Shown in pieces: positions 9,639 through 17,756 of a stretch of 30,252 nucleotides of DNA (its first letter is position 1; the number at the start of each line of letters is the position of its first letter). The position numbers were made by a program, and so were the translations under genes. Source of the stretch: Candidatus Micrarchaeota archaeon (GTDB lineage Archaea; B1Sed10-29; JAJSAI01); the NCBI GenBank assembly GCA_964625085.1, contig CAZVAJ010000005.1, positions 17,875 to 48,126 of the forward strand, in the 5' to 3' direction. Under the pieces are notes generated by a model. It worked only from the letters and a program-made list of their open reading frames with translations. It was not told where the DNA came from and ran no database searches.

Positions 9639-11000
9639 CTACCTGCAGTAAAGCCAGTCTGCCAGGTTCCTCAGCAGGTTAGAGCCTTTTCCTTGGTTTT
9701 TCAAAAGCTCTTCAGGCGGGAACGCGTAAAATATCACCAGTCCGTTCTTGAAAGGGCTTAGCAGAGGATTGCTTATTAGCACAGCAGGCCATGTTTTTTC
9801 CAGTCCTTTTCCACTGACTTCAAGGGCCATCAGGGTATGGGTCCTTGGGCCTTGGGCAAACCTGCTGGTGTCAACCAGAGTAACATTAGTGTCAGCAAGC
9901 CATACGCTTGTCTCGTATCCTCTAACCAGCTTGTGGCTTGTGTCAACTGGCTTGAGGTAAACTCCTAAAGGCATGGTCATGTAGTAGTCAAACCCAAGCA
10001 CGTCGTTGGAAAAGTCTATACCATCATTGAGTCGCGTGTGCCGTTCCATGTCATAGCTTGGGCCACGTTGCCAGTAGTTGTACATTCCAGCACATTCTGA
10101 TTCAATTTCTTCTGCGCTTAGTTTGCTAACGTTTTCACCGTCTGCCTTTATTTTGTTAATACAAGCTTCCACTCTTTCATTACCCTGAATGTAGAACGGT
10201 TCGGTTTCTGCAGGACACAAACCGCCAAGAGAAGTTGCTTTCTTGTACTCCTCTTCGTATAACTGGTCATATGCTTTAACCACTTCCCCGAAACTGTGCC
10301 CGCAGATTCCAGCCTCAAGCTCTTCAGGATCGTTCGGGGTTTCCTGCATCCACTCGCCGCAACTTTCCTGAACTACCTGTGCTGCTTGACAGATCTGACT
10401 TGCTTCCGTGTCATTAATGGAAAAACAATTCCCTTGTTCGCAGTAGTTGACGTACCTGCTAATAACCTCTTCGTCCCAGTCTTTGCTTCTCCCGTAATCC
10501 ACTATGTCATTACAGGAATATGATTTTCCTCTCATCTGTTTTATCAGGGGTCGCCAGTAGAACGTCACGCTCTCGCACACGTAATCATTTTCTCCGAGCA
10601 TGGTGCCTGAATCTCCTATCCAGACAAGCTGTCCTCCTTGTTGCACGTATGACCTAAGATCCAGAAGCTGTTTGGTTGTAAGCTGTTTCGCATTATCAAC
10701 CACCACCATCTCATAGTGTTTCAGGGTTTCAGGATCCTGGAAAACGTCCGTGGACATCATGCTTGGGAAGACTCTCGCTTCATCCTCGAAAAACTTCCGG
10801 AGCGCTTGCGGGTCGCCTGAACCGTTTTCGCCGTAGAGTATGAGCATTTTAGGTTCTCCTTTGACTCCGTAGTACACACTGCAAAATCCAGGGATATCGC
10901 AGCATCTTAAGAACCCGAACTGCACGAGCATGAACAATAACACTACGATAAGAACTCCGAGTATTATGATGTGTGGAAGATTTTTTTCAAGAGATCCCAT
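9639..11000 (-). CDS. Membrane-anchored protein, putative GATase-like fold with Cys-rich insertion; paralog 3
   Basis: Start reassigned to ATG 11000 (MGSLEKNLPHIIILGVL). LKHYEMVVV, YVQQGGQLVWIGDSG, NGLVIFYAFPP; internal insert with 10 Cys. Confidence 0.65.
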   Translation of the reverse strand: MGSLEKNLPHIIILGVLIVVLLFMLVQFGFLRCCDIPGFCSVYYGVKGEPKMLILYGENGSGDPQALRKFFEDEARVFPSMMSTDVFQDPETLKHYEMVVVDNAKQLTTKQLLDLRSYVQQGGQLVWIGDSGTMLGENDYVCESVTFYWRPLIKQMRGKSYSCNDIVDYGRSKDWDEEVISRYVNYCEQGNCFSINDTEASQICQAAQVVQESCGEWMQETPNDPEELEAGICGHSFGEVVKAYDQLYEEEYKKATSLGGLCPAETEPFYIQGNERVEACINKIKADGENVSKLSAEEIESECAGMYNYWQRGPSYDMERHTRLNDGIDFSNDVLGFDYYMTMPLGVYLKPVDTSHKLVRGYETSVWLADTNVTLVDTSRFAQGPRTHTLMALEVSGKGLEKTWPAVLISNPLLSPFKNGLVIFYAFPPEELLKNQGKGSNLLRNLADWLYCR

Positions 11001-11019
11001 GTAAGGGAATAAGGGCTGA

Positions 11020-11037
11020 AAACATTTAAATAAGTTT
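11020..11037. promoter_or_regulatory. Palindromic, probably bidirectional TATA box ATTTAAAT
   Basis: ATTTAAAT at 11024-11031 lies between divergent starts 11000 (-) and 11064 (+), with A-rich BRE-like flanks on both strands. Confidence 0.55.
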
Positions 11038-11063
11038 AGCAAGATAAAAATGTAGGGATTTTC

Positions 11064-11228
11064 ATGAAAGGAATAAAAACTGACAAGGCAATGACTCCCG
11101 TCAGCTCTGCGGGAATAATGAGATTCTTTGACGTTGGAGGCGGCGGGCCTAAGATAAAGCCTGAAGTGATAGTAGCTGGCACAGTTGCTTTTATGCTCTT
11201 GGTTATAATAGTGAAGGCCTTTTCCTAA
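11064..11228 (+). CDS. secG: Preprotein translocase subunit Sec61beta (SecG), 54 aa, not in ORF track
   Basis: Translates to MKGIKTDKAMTPVSSAGIMRFFDVGGGGPKIKPEVIVAGTVAFMLLVIIVKAFS: the archaeal Sec61beta SAG(I/L)MRFF..K(I)xPE motif plus a C-terminal TM helix. Confidence 0.92.
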   Translation: MKGIKTDKAMTPVSSAGIMRFFDVGGGGPKIKPEVIVAGTVAFMLLVIIVKAFS

Positions 11229-11677
11229 AAGAGCAGAACCCCTTTGAGTGCGAGGTAAACAATACTTCCTGCGATTAGCACCCCTGCGCTTATGGACATC
11301 AACGCGTCTTTTTTCCGCACTCCAAGAAGCCATGCTGCTAGGCAGCCGGTGTACGCGCCTGTTCCCGGCAGGGGCACTGCCACGAAAAGCATGAGCCCAA
11401 CCGCCCCGTACTTTTGCACGAGGTGATATGATTTATTCTTAACCCGGTGTACGTACAAGTCCATCAAATTCTGCAGTCTGTTGATCCTGCCCAGTTTTTC
11501 CCACGCGAAGTCAAAAACCCTGAGTAGCAAGGGCACAAGAAGAATGTTAACTGCTGTTGTTATCAGGAATGCCAGTTCCAGGTTCTCTCCAAGCAGCACG
11601 GCTATTGGAAGGCTTCCTCTAAGTTCTATTCCCGGAACCAAAGTTACGAGAAGTATATAAATCCAGTTTTCCAGCAT
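11225..11677 (-). CDS. Small multi-drug export family membrane protein (COG2426)
   Basis: PGIELRGSLP and LFVAVPLPGTGAYTG motifs; start reassigned to ATG 11677. Confidence 0.88.
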   Translation of the reverse strand: MLENWIYILLVTLVPGIELRGSLPIAVLLGENLELAFLITTAVNILLVPLLLRVFDFAWEKLGRINRLQNLMDLYVHRVKNKSYHLVQKYGAVGLMLFVAVPLPGTGAYTGCLAAWLLGVRKKDALMSISAGVLIAGSIVYLALKGVLLF

Positions 11678-11720
11678 TGCAGAGCATAAGAATAAATACA
11701 TTAAAAACGTTCTCTCTTCC

Positions 11721-12080
11721 ATGTTCGATTGGACCACCTTTGGCAGGATAAAGTTCTCTGGAGAAGTTTACGATCATGATATTGTGGTGGATACAGATCA
11801 CAAGGTATGGCCAAGAGATGAGACTCATGCTAAACAAAAGTATGGCACAAGCCATGTTATAGATGAACAAGAGGTAAGCAGTATTCTGTCACCAGACTGT
11901 GAAGCACTAGTGGTGGGCACGGGCCAGAACGGCATTGCAGGTCTTACACCAGAAGCCCGTAAGCTGCTTGAAGAAAAAGGAGTGAAATACTACGAGCTCC
12001 CGACTCCTGAGGCAATAAAAAAGTATAACGAGATATTTTTGAAGAAACGAACTGTTGCGCTGATGCACGTAACATGCTAG
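11721..12080 (+). CDS. Mth938-like (DUF498) protein
   Basis: FGRIKFSGEVYDHDIVV, LVVGTGQNG, PTPEAIKKYN, ALMHVTC end. Confidence 0.9.
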   Translation: MFDWTTFGRIKFSGEVYDHDIVVDTDHKVWPRDETHAKQKYGTSHVIDEQEVSSILSPDCEALVVGTGQNGIAGLTPEARKLLEEKGVKYYELPTPEAIKKYNEIFLKKRTVALMHVTC

Positions 12081-12086
12081 GAGGAG

Positions 12087-12218
12087 ATGTTTATGGAAGA
12101 ACTTTTAAAGGAGATACTGGAAAGGCTTGATAGGATAGAAGCCAAGCTGGACGAGCTTTCAGACAAGATCGACACGCTTGAAATTGAAGAAGAAATTGAA
12201 GAAGAGGAAGAGGAGTAA
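12087..12218 (+). CDS. Small acidic coiled-coil protein (41-43 aa), not in ORF track
   Basis: MFMEELLKEILERLDRIEAKLDELSDKIDTLEIEEEIEEEEEE; strong AGGAGG RBS overlapping the upstream stop; start 12087 or 12093. Confidence 0.7.
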   Translation: MFMEELLKEILERLDRIEAKLDELSDKIDTLEIEEEIEEEEEE

Positions 12219-12251
12219 ACCTTTTTATTATTGTGTGCGGTTAGACTGCAC

Positions 12252-12641
12252 ATGGAACACTTGCTTGCAAGGGATTTTTTCGCAGAATCTTCCCTAGCTG
12301 ACATGGTGAGCATGTTCTTTGATGTTAGTGATCCAGCCGGCCAGGTTCTTGTTTTCCTGCTTGATCATGATATGACTGTGCAGGAGGCAGCGCGCAGGCT
12401 TGGCAGGGACCGGAGCACAGCGCAGAGGGCCTTGCATTCACTAGTGAAAAAAGGGCTTGCTGTACGCCGGAGGGTTCCTGCAAAGGGTGGCGGGTCCAAG
12501 TTTGTTTACTCTGCAGTGCCTGCTTCTACTTTGGAAAAAAGAATGAAGCGTGTGATAAACGCGTGGGCAGACACGGCCATGAGCAATGTTAAAAAGACCT
12601 TAAACAGAATAGAACAGGATGAAGATCGCGGTAATTTCTGA
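12252..12641 (+). CDS. Winged-HTH transcriptional regulator (TrmB/COG3355-like)
   Basis: MTVQEAARRLGRDRSTAQRALHSLVKKGL..GGGSKFVY; TATA-like AAACCTTTTTATT just upstream of ATG 12252. Confidence 0.8.
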   Translation: MEHLLARDFFAESSLADMVSMFFDVSDPAGQVLVFLLDHDMTVQEAARRLGRDRSTAQRALHSLVKKGLAVRRRVPAKGGGSKFVYSAVPASTLEKRMKRVINAWADTAMSNVKKTLNRIEQDEDRGNF

Positions 12642-13827
12642 CGCGCACCTCGGGCACGCGTATGGCACAGAGCTCGGGGAAGATGCTTTTTACCAGTTCA
12701 AGCAGGCATTGCAACATGCTATGGGCTGGGCAGACCTAATCATCCTGGCAGGAGATATTTTTGATGAAAGAGTTCCCAGGCAGGAGGTTCTTGCAAAGGC
12801 GATGGAAGTCTTGCAGCTGCCCCATGAAAAAGAGGGTACTGGAATCATGTTCTCTTCTTTTATTGGAGAGCACGCGCAAACGCCTGCCAGAGCACTGCAC
12901 GGGATTCCAGTAGTATCAGTTTACGGAACTCATGAGCGCAGGAGCGCGCAGTCCGTTAATCCAATCCAACTGCTTGAGAAAGCAGGTTTCTTGATAAACC
13001 TTCACTGTAACGGAGTTACTTTTGAAAAGAACGGGCAAAAGATTTCAATCCAGGGGCTGTCAGGCGTGCCTGAAAGGTATGTCAAGCCAATCATAGAACA
13101 GTGGTCTCCTAAGCCAGTTCCAGATTCTTTTAACATTTTCGTGTTCCACCAGTCCTTGAAGGAATATGTGTACGACCCTGAGGACACGTTCATAGGGATC
13201 AATGACCTTCCTCCTGATTTTGACCTTTATGTTGACGGCCATATTCACTGGCCGAACGTTCTCGAGTCTGCTGGAAAAAGAGTAATATTCCCTGGAAGCA
13301 CGGTCATAACCCAGAAGAAAAAGATTGAGGCAGAAAAGAAGAAAGGGTTTTTCAAGCTGGAAATAGAGGGCAGTGAACTGTCCTACGAGTTTATTGAGAT
13401 ACCTGACCAGAGGCCCTTTTACTATATTGAGGTGAAGTTCAAGGATAAATCTCCCTCGCAGGTTGTTGAACTGGCAAGAGCAAAGCTTTCCAAGATTCAT
13501 GAAAAGAAAAAACCCTTGCTAATGCTAAAACTTACAGGCACCTTGTCAAAAGGTTATGCTGACTCCGACATACACCAGGAAGACATACTGAGGGGGTATG
13601 ATTTTTTTGCCACAGTCAAGAAAGAGATCTCTGGAACCAGCTTCAGGCAAAGAATAGAAGAGCTAAGAAAATCTCATGCTGAAAAACAGTCCGTGGAAGA
13701 AGCAGTACAAGACATGCTAAGAAAACTTTTAGAATCAGAGGGCTATGACGGGCCAGACCCCCAGCGTGTCGTGGACGCCTTGGCAGAGGATGATATTGAT
13801 CTTGCGATCCAGTTGATGAAACAGTAG
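12619..13827 (+). CDS. mre11: Mre11/SbcD family DNA repair nuclease
   Basis: Phosphoesterase motifs SDAHLG, AGDIFD, GTHE, FHQ, GHIH, FPGS; capping domain and C-terminal helices. Confidence 0.85.
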   Translation: MKIAVISDAHLGHAYGTELGEDAFYQFKQALQHAMGWADLIILAGDIFDERVPRQEVLAKAMEVLQLPHEKEGTGIMFSSFIGEHAQTPARALHGIPVVSVYGTHERRSAQSVNPIQLLEKAGFLINLHCNGVTFEKNGQKISIQGLSGVPERYVKPIIEQWSPKPVPDSFNIFVFHQSLKEYVYDPEDTFIGINDLPPDFDLYVDGHIHWPNVLESAGKRVIFPGSTVITQKKKIEAEKKKGFFKLEIEGSELSYEFIEIPDQRPFYYIEVKFKDKSPSQVVELARAKLSKIHEKKKPLLMLKLTGTLSKGYADSDIHQEDILRGYDFFATVKKEISGTSFRQRIEELRKSHAEKQSVEEAVQDMLRKLLESEGYDGPDPQRVVDALAEDDIDLAIQLMKQ

Positions 13828-13837
13828 TTCAAAGATT

Positions 13838-15241
13838 CTACTTCTTGAATCCTCTGAGCTTGTCAAAAGCAGGGTTTGTTTTTTTGTACTCCACAACCGC
13901 TTTCAAGGCCTTCACAGCCTGTTCTGGAAAAGTGAACGTGGGCACCCCCTTTGCCTCAAGCTTCTGCAGTTGCTTGCTTGTGTATTCCGAACCTGCAGCG
14001 CAGAACACTATTGGTTTTTTCTTGTGCTTGTTGAACCACAGCACGTGGTCCATGACCTTGGGGTTTATTGAAACAGTTTGGAATAGTCCAATGCACAGCA
14101 CTGCGTCAACATTATCATCCTCCAACGCCACCTCCAACGCAGCCCGGTACCTTGCAGGGTCAGCGTCTCCCACAAGGTCAAGCGGGTTACTCACATTAGC
14201 GTAAGCTGGAAGGATCTTAAGCAGTTTTTTCTTGCTCTTTGTGCTTAGTTCAGCGAGCTCAAGGTTCTGCTCTTCAACTTCATCAGCAGAAAGCACGCCA
14301 AAGCCTCCCCCATTAGTTATCACCAGCACCCTGTTGCCCTTTGCAAGAGGCTGTTTTGAGAGTACTCTCGCCATGTCAAAAAGCTCCTGAAGGTCACCTG
14401 CCCGGATTATGCCTGCTTCCTTGAACGCGGCGTCGTACACCCTGTCAGAACCAGCCATGCTTGCCGTGTGGCTTGCAGCAGCCTTGCTTCCAGCACTTGT
14501 TTTTCCTGCCTTGAGCACTATCACAGGGTTTATTCGAGTGGCTTTTTTCATGTGTTCCAGGAACAGTTTCCCGTTCTTGGTTCCTTCCATATAAGCGCAC
14601 ACAACTCTTGTTTTCGGGTCTGCTGCCAGGTATTCTGCCAGCTCATAATCCTGAACGTCAGTCGCATTACCATAAGAAACAAAAGAAGAAATCCCAACGC
14701 CCTGTTCTGCGATCATGTCCAGAACAGTGGACCCAACAGCTCCTGACTGGGAGATGAACGCAATATCCCCTTTTTTAGGCCTTTCTATTTTTTCTTCTGG
14801 CATGAAAAGCATGTCGATCCCAGAATGTGTGTCCAGGATACCAAGACAGTTCACTCCAATGACCCTTGGGCCAGTAGTTCTAGCAATCTTACTGACTTCT
14901 TCTTCAAGGGCTTTGTTTCCTGTTTCCGCAAAACCAGAGGAGATCACGACTGCTCCTTTAACACCCTTTTCAGCGCATTCCCTCATAACTTCTGGGACTA
15001 TCTTGGCAGGTACTGCTATCACAACAATATCCACTTTCCCGGGAATGTCAAGCACGCTGGAGTATGTTTTTTTTCCAAGGATCTTCCTGGCGTTTGGGTT
15101 CACTGGATACACAGGGCCCTTGAAAGACCTGAGCATGTTCGCGAAAATAGTGTTCCCTATCTTGCCTTTTTTCCTGCTCGCGCCGATCACAGCACATGAT
15201 CCTGGCCTGAAGAAGGGCTTCAGGGATTCTGAGAAAGTCAT
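13838..15241 (-). CDS. acdA: Acetate--CoA ligase (ADP-forming), alpha subunit
   Basis: AVIGASRKKGKIG CoA-binding domain, ISQSGA, AAASHTASMAG (phospho-His), TNGGGFG, NPLDLVGDA. Confidence 0.93.
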   Translation of the reverse strand: MTFSESLKPFFRPGSCAVIGASRKKGKIGNTIFANMLRSFKGPVYPVNPNARKILGKKTYSSVLDIPGKVDIVVIAVPAKIVPEVMRECAEKGVKGAVVISSGFAETGNKALEEEVSKIARTTGPRVIGVNCLGILDTHSGIDMLFMPEEKIERPKKGDIAFISQSGAVGSTVLDMIAEQGVGISSFVSYGNATDVQDYELAEYLAADPKTRVVCAYMEGTKNGKLFLEHMKKATRINPVIVLKAGKTSAGSKAAASHTASMAGSDRVYDAAFKEAGIIRAGDLQELFDMARVLSKQPLAKGNRVLVITNGGGFGVLSADEVEEQNLELAELSTKSKKKLLKILPAYANVSNPLDLVGDADPARYRAALEVALEDDNVDAVLCIGLFQTVSINPKVMDHVLWFNKHKKKPIVFCAAGSEYTSKQLQKLEAKGVPTFTFPEQAVKALKAVVEYKKTNPAFDKLRGFKK

Positions 15242-15261
15242 GTGCTAAAGAAAGAGGGCAA

Positions 15262-15277
15262 CTGTTATAAAAGTTTC
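15262..15277. promoter_or_regulatory. Shared TATA element between acdA and the ferritin-like gene
   Basis: GTTATAAAAG at 15264-15273 reads CTTTTATAAC on the - strand, about 23 nt before the acdA ATG, and TTATAAAA on the + strand before ATG 15304. Confidence 0.5.
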
Positions 15278-15303
15278 ACGTGTTGTACTCTGCGGTGTTA
15301 AAC

Positions 15304-15591
15304 ATGATGTCAAGCATTCTCCCTCCAAAAGAGGTTAAGGGAAAGATAAAGGACGCAGAGCTCGTTCGCGTGGGAATCATAGCAGAACTTGACGCAATAA
15401 ACTTGTACGAACAGCTTGCGGCAATGACCCGGAATCCTGATCTGAAGAAAGTATTCCAAGACATTGCAGATGAAGAAAAGACTCACGTTGGGGAGTTCCA
15501 GGAGCTCCTGCTCAGGTTGGACAAAAAGCAGGTGGAAGAACTAGAGCACGGGAAAGAAGAAGTGGAAGAACTGACCGGCAAAAAATCTTAA
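15304..15591 (+). CDS. Ferritin-like protein of the encapsulin-associated (EncFtn/Flp) type
   Basis: GIIAELDAINLYEQ and DIADEEKTHVGEF di-iron ExxH motifs; closely resembles the Flp domain fused to Thermococcales encapsulin. Start 15304 or 15307. Confidence 0.85.
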   Translation: MMSSILPPKEVKGKIKDAELVRVGIIAELDAINLYEQLAAMTRNPDLKKVFQDIADEEKTHVGEFQELLLRLDKKQVEELEHGKEEVEELTGKKS

Positions 15592-15697
15592 CAAAACCTT
15601 TTTAAAGTGACCGGGGCTATTTTCTAAAGCTTTTATTTTTTCAGGAGATAAAATCACGTAGTTCGTTAGGTTGTTTGGGATTCTTGAGGTGGCGCTT

Positions 15698-16036
15698 ATG
15701 GTGGTGGGAAAACATATTATAGCAGAGTTTTACGGGGTCAGTCCGGAGCTTATAGCGCGCAAGAAGACAGTGCGAGAGATAATGAATGAGGTTGCGGATA
15801 AGGCTAATCTTGATGTTGTTGGTTCGATATACAAGCAGTTTGAGCCACAAGGGGTTACGGGGGTCATGCTTATTTCTGAAAGTCATGTGTCAGTACACAC
15901 CTGGCCGGAGCACGATCTTGTAACATTGGATGTTTTCACGTGCGGTGATCCAAAACAAGCTGATGTCGCGTACGAGGCATTGTACGAGAAGTTCAGGCCC
16001 AAGCAAGTGAAAAAGCAGGTGCTTGACAGGGGTTGA
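15698..16036 (+). CDS. speD: S-adenosylmethionine decarboxylase proenzyme (pyruvoyl, SpeD/SpeH family)
   Basis: GKHIIAEFYG, FEPQGVTG, self-cleavage ISESHVSVHTWPE, DVFTCG; GAGGTG RBS before ATG 15698. Confidence 0.9.
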   Translation: MVVGKHIIAEFYGVSPELIARKKTVREIMNEVADKANLDVVGSIYKQFEPQGVTGVMLISESHVSVHTWPEHDLVTLDVFTCGDPKQADVAYEALYEKFRPKQVKKQVLDRG

Positions 16037-16042
16037 TCCAAT

Positions 16043-16579
16043 CTAGTCAAATAGAAGCACGAAAACCTCTCTCTTTTCATCTTCAGTCATCCTGTCGTAT
16101 CTCCCCCCAATGTACTTTCTGGCCACTTCTGAAGGAACTTCTGAAAGTGGGACGAAGCCTGTTTTCCTGTATACCCTTTCAGCTGCTTCAGCATTCTCTA
16201 GGGGGGCAAAGCGCAGTATCGCATAGTCTGCACCTTCTTCCTTTGCCTTTTTGACAGCTTCTTCCAACAGCTTCTTGGCAAGGCCTTCTCCTCTGAAACC
16301 CGGGGTCGTGGCCACCCATTTTATGTCTGCAGATTTCATTCCCCCCTGTTTTTTTCTGATCCAAAATTGAACTGTTGATTCTCTCTCGCCAGTAACCGGG
16401 TTAATGAAAGACAGTTCCTTGGATTCTATTCCTTTTTTATTGCCTGTGATAGTTTGATAGTGGTACATGGACTCTTTTTCGTGAATTATCAGCTTCTCTC
16501 CCTTTGCAAGAGTCATCCGGTCTTTTGTTTTCCTCTGTAGAGGCTGTTTCTTTTTCCTGAAGAACCTCATGCTACTCAC
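16043..16579 (-). CDS. GNAT family N-acetyltransferase
   Basis: Acetyl-CoA motif A VATTPGFRGEGLAKKLL and motif B NAEAAERVYRKTGF; basic N-terminal extension. Confidence 0.85.
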   Translation of the reverse strand: MSSMRFFRKKKQPLQRKTKDRMTLAKGEKLIIHEKESMYHYQTITGNKKGIESKELSFINPVTGERESTVQFWIRKKQGGMKSADIKWVATTPGFRGEGLAKKLLEEAVKKAKEEGADYAILRFAPLENAEAAERVYRKTGFVPLSEVPSEVARKYIGGRYDRMTEDEKREVFVLLFD

Positions 16580-16632
16580 ATTCTTGTATGCATCTTACCT
16601 TCTTATTTCTTTTTTTACTGCAATTGGCCTGC

Positions 16633-16718
16633 AAGCTTTTTATTGTATGAATGTGGTTAATACAACATCAGGTGGACAAAATGATCTTCTTCAGCTGACT
16701 GTTTTTTTGTTTGTTTGC
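16633..16718 (+). other. Putative tiny transcription unit: TATA, RBS, 5-codon mini-ORF (MIFFS) or stem-loop, T-tract
   Basis: AAGCTTTTTATT 16633-16644; AGGTGG 16670-16675; ATG ATC TTC TTC AGC TGA 16681-16698; TTTTTTT 16702-16708. Confidence 0.35.
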
Positions 16719-16775
16719 GTTAGCGTAAACCTTTTTTAGTATAATGTACTCCCTCACAACTTACAGAGGTGTTTA

Positions 16776-17756
16776 GTGTTGGCAGAAAATGTGATAACTG
16801 TTGACAAACTTGTAAAGGTATTCTATTCCCGGAAGAAAGAAGGAGTTAGAAGCCTGTTCAGAAAAAAGGAGGAGATAGTGGCAGTAAACAATGTCTCTTT
16901 CAAGGTCAAGAAGGGAGAGATCTTCGGGTACCTTGGAGAGAACGGTTCTGGGAAGACCACGACCATAAAAATGCTTACAGGTATCCTAACGCCCACGAGC
17001 GGTAGTGCTAGAGTGCTTGGGTTTGTTCCATGGGAACGGAAAAACGAGTACCTGAAACAGATCGGAGTGGTTTTCGGGGTGCGGTCTATCCTGTTCTGGG
17101 ACATCCCTGCCATTGAAGCGTTCAGGTTCTATCGGGACGTTTACGAGGTTCCTCCTGACGATTTTGAGGAAAGGCTTGAATATTTTGACTCAATCCTTAA
17201 CGTGAAAAAGCTTGCAAAAAAACCTGTCAGGAAAATGAGCTTAGGAGAGAGGATGAAGTGCAGTCTTGTAGCAGCATTAATTCACTACCCTAAGATAGTG
17301 TTCCTTGACGAGCCTACGATAGGGCTTGACGCTGTCTCCAAAGAAGCAGTTAGAGACTTCATCCGTGACTTTAACAAAAGGCACAAACTGACCGTGATGC
17401 TGACCACGCATGACGTTCTTGATGTAGAAGCATTGTGCACCAAGGTCATACTGCTTGACAAGGGCAGGAAAATATTCCAAGGAACTATCCCCAAACTTAA
17501 GAAAAGCTATTTGGGGTACAAGATTTTGTATGTTGAGTACAACAAGATTAAGAACAAGCCTCTGTTGGAGTCAGTCTTGAGAATGGGGCGACTAATAGGA
17601 AGGGGAACGAACTGGGTAGAGCTTGAAGTGAAGACTGACGGAAGGCTTCCTAAAACAGTAGCTGGACTGCTCAAGGCAGTGAACGTAGTTGATCTTGACG
17701 TGAAAGAACCGGGGCTGGACAGACTTTTAGTCAAAGTGTATGGGGAGAAAAAATGA
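16776..17756 (+). CDS. ABC transporter ATP-binding protein (COG4586-like)
   Basis: Walker A GENGSGKTT, signature MSLGERMK, Walker B VFLDEPTIGLD, H-loop TTHD; GAGGTG RBS. Confidence 0.95.
   Translation: MLAENVITVDKLVKVFYSRKKEGVRSLFRKKEEIVAVNNVSFKVKKGEIFGYLGENGSGKTTTIKMLTGILTPTSGSARVLGFVPWERKNEYLKQIGVVFGVRSILFWDIPAIEAFRFYRDVYEVPPDDFEERLEYFDSILNVKKLAKKPVRKMSLGERMKCSLVAALIHYPKIVFLDEPTIGLDAVSKEAVRDFIRDFNKRHKLTVMLTTHDVLDVEALCTKVILLDKGRKIFQGTIPKLKKSYLGYKILYVEYNKIKNKPLLESVLRMGRLIGRGTNWVELEVKTDGRLPKTVAGLLKAVNVVDLDVKEPGLDRLLVKVYGEKK

Noticed and set aside
11001..11333. N-terminal extension of the 564-aa ORF
   Set aside because: It overlaps Sec61beta antisense and COG2426; the TM anchor and promoter fit ATG 11000.
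12087..12218. Pup/ubiquitin-like modifier
   Set aside because: No C-terminal GG(E/Q) motif and no ligase nearby.
16647..16700. Possible C/D sRNA ending in CTGA
   Set aside because: No acceptable C box; reported instead as a mini-ORF/hairpin unit.
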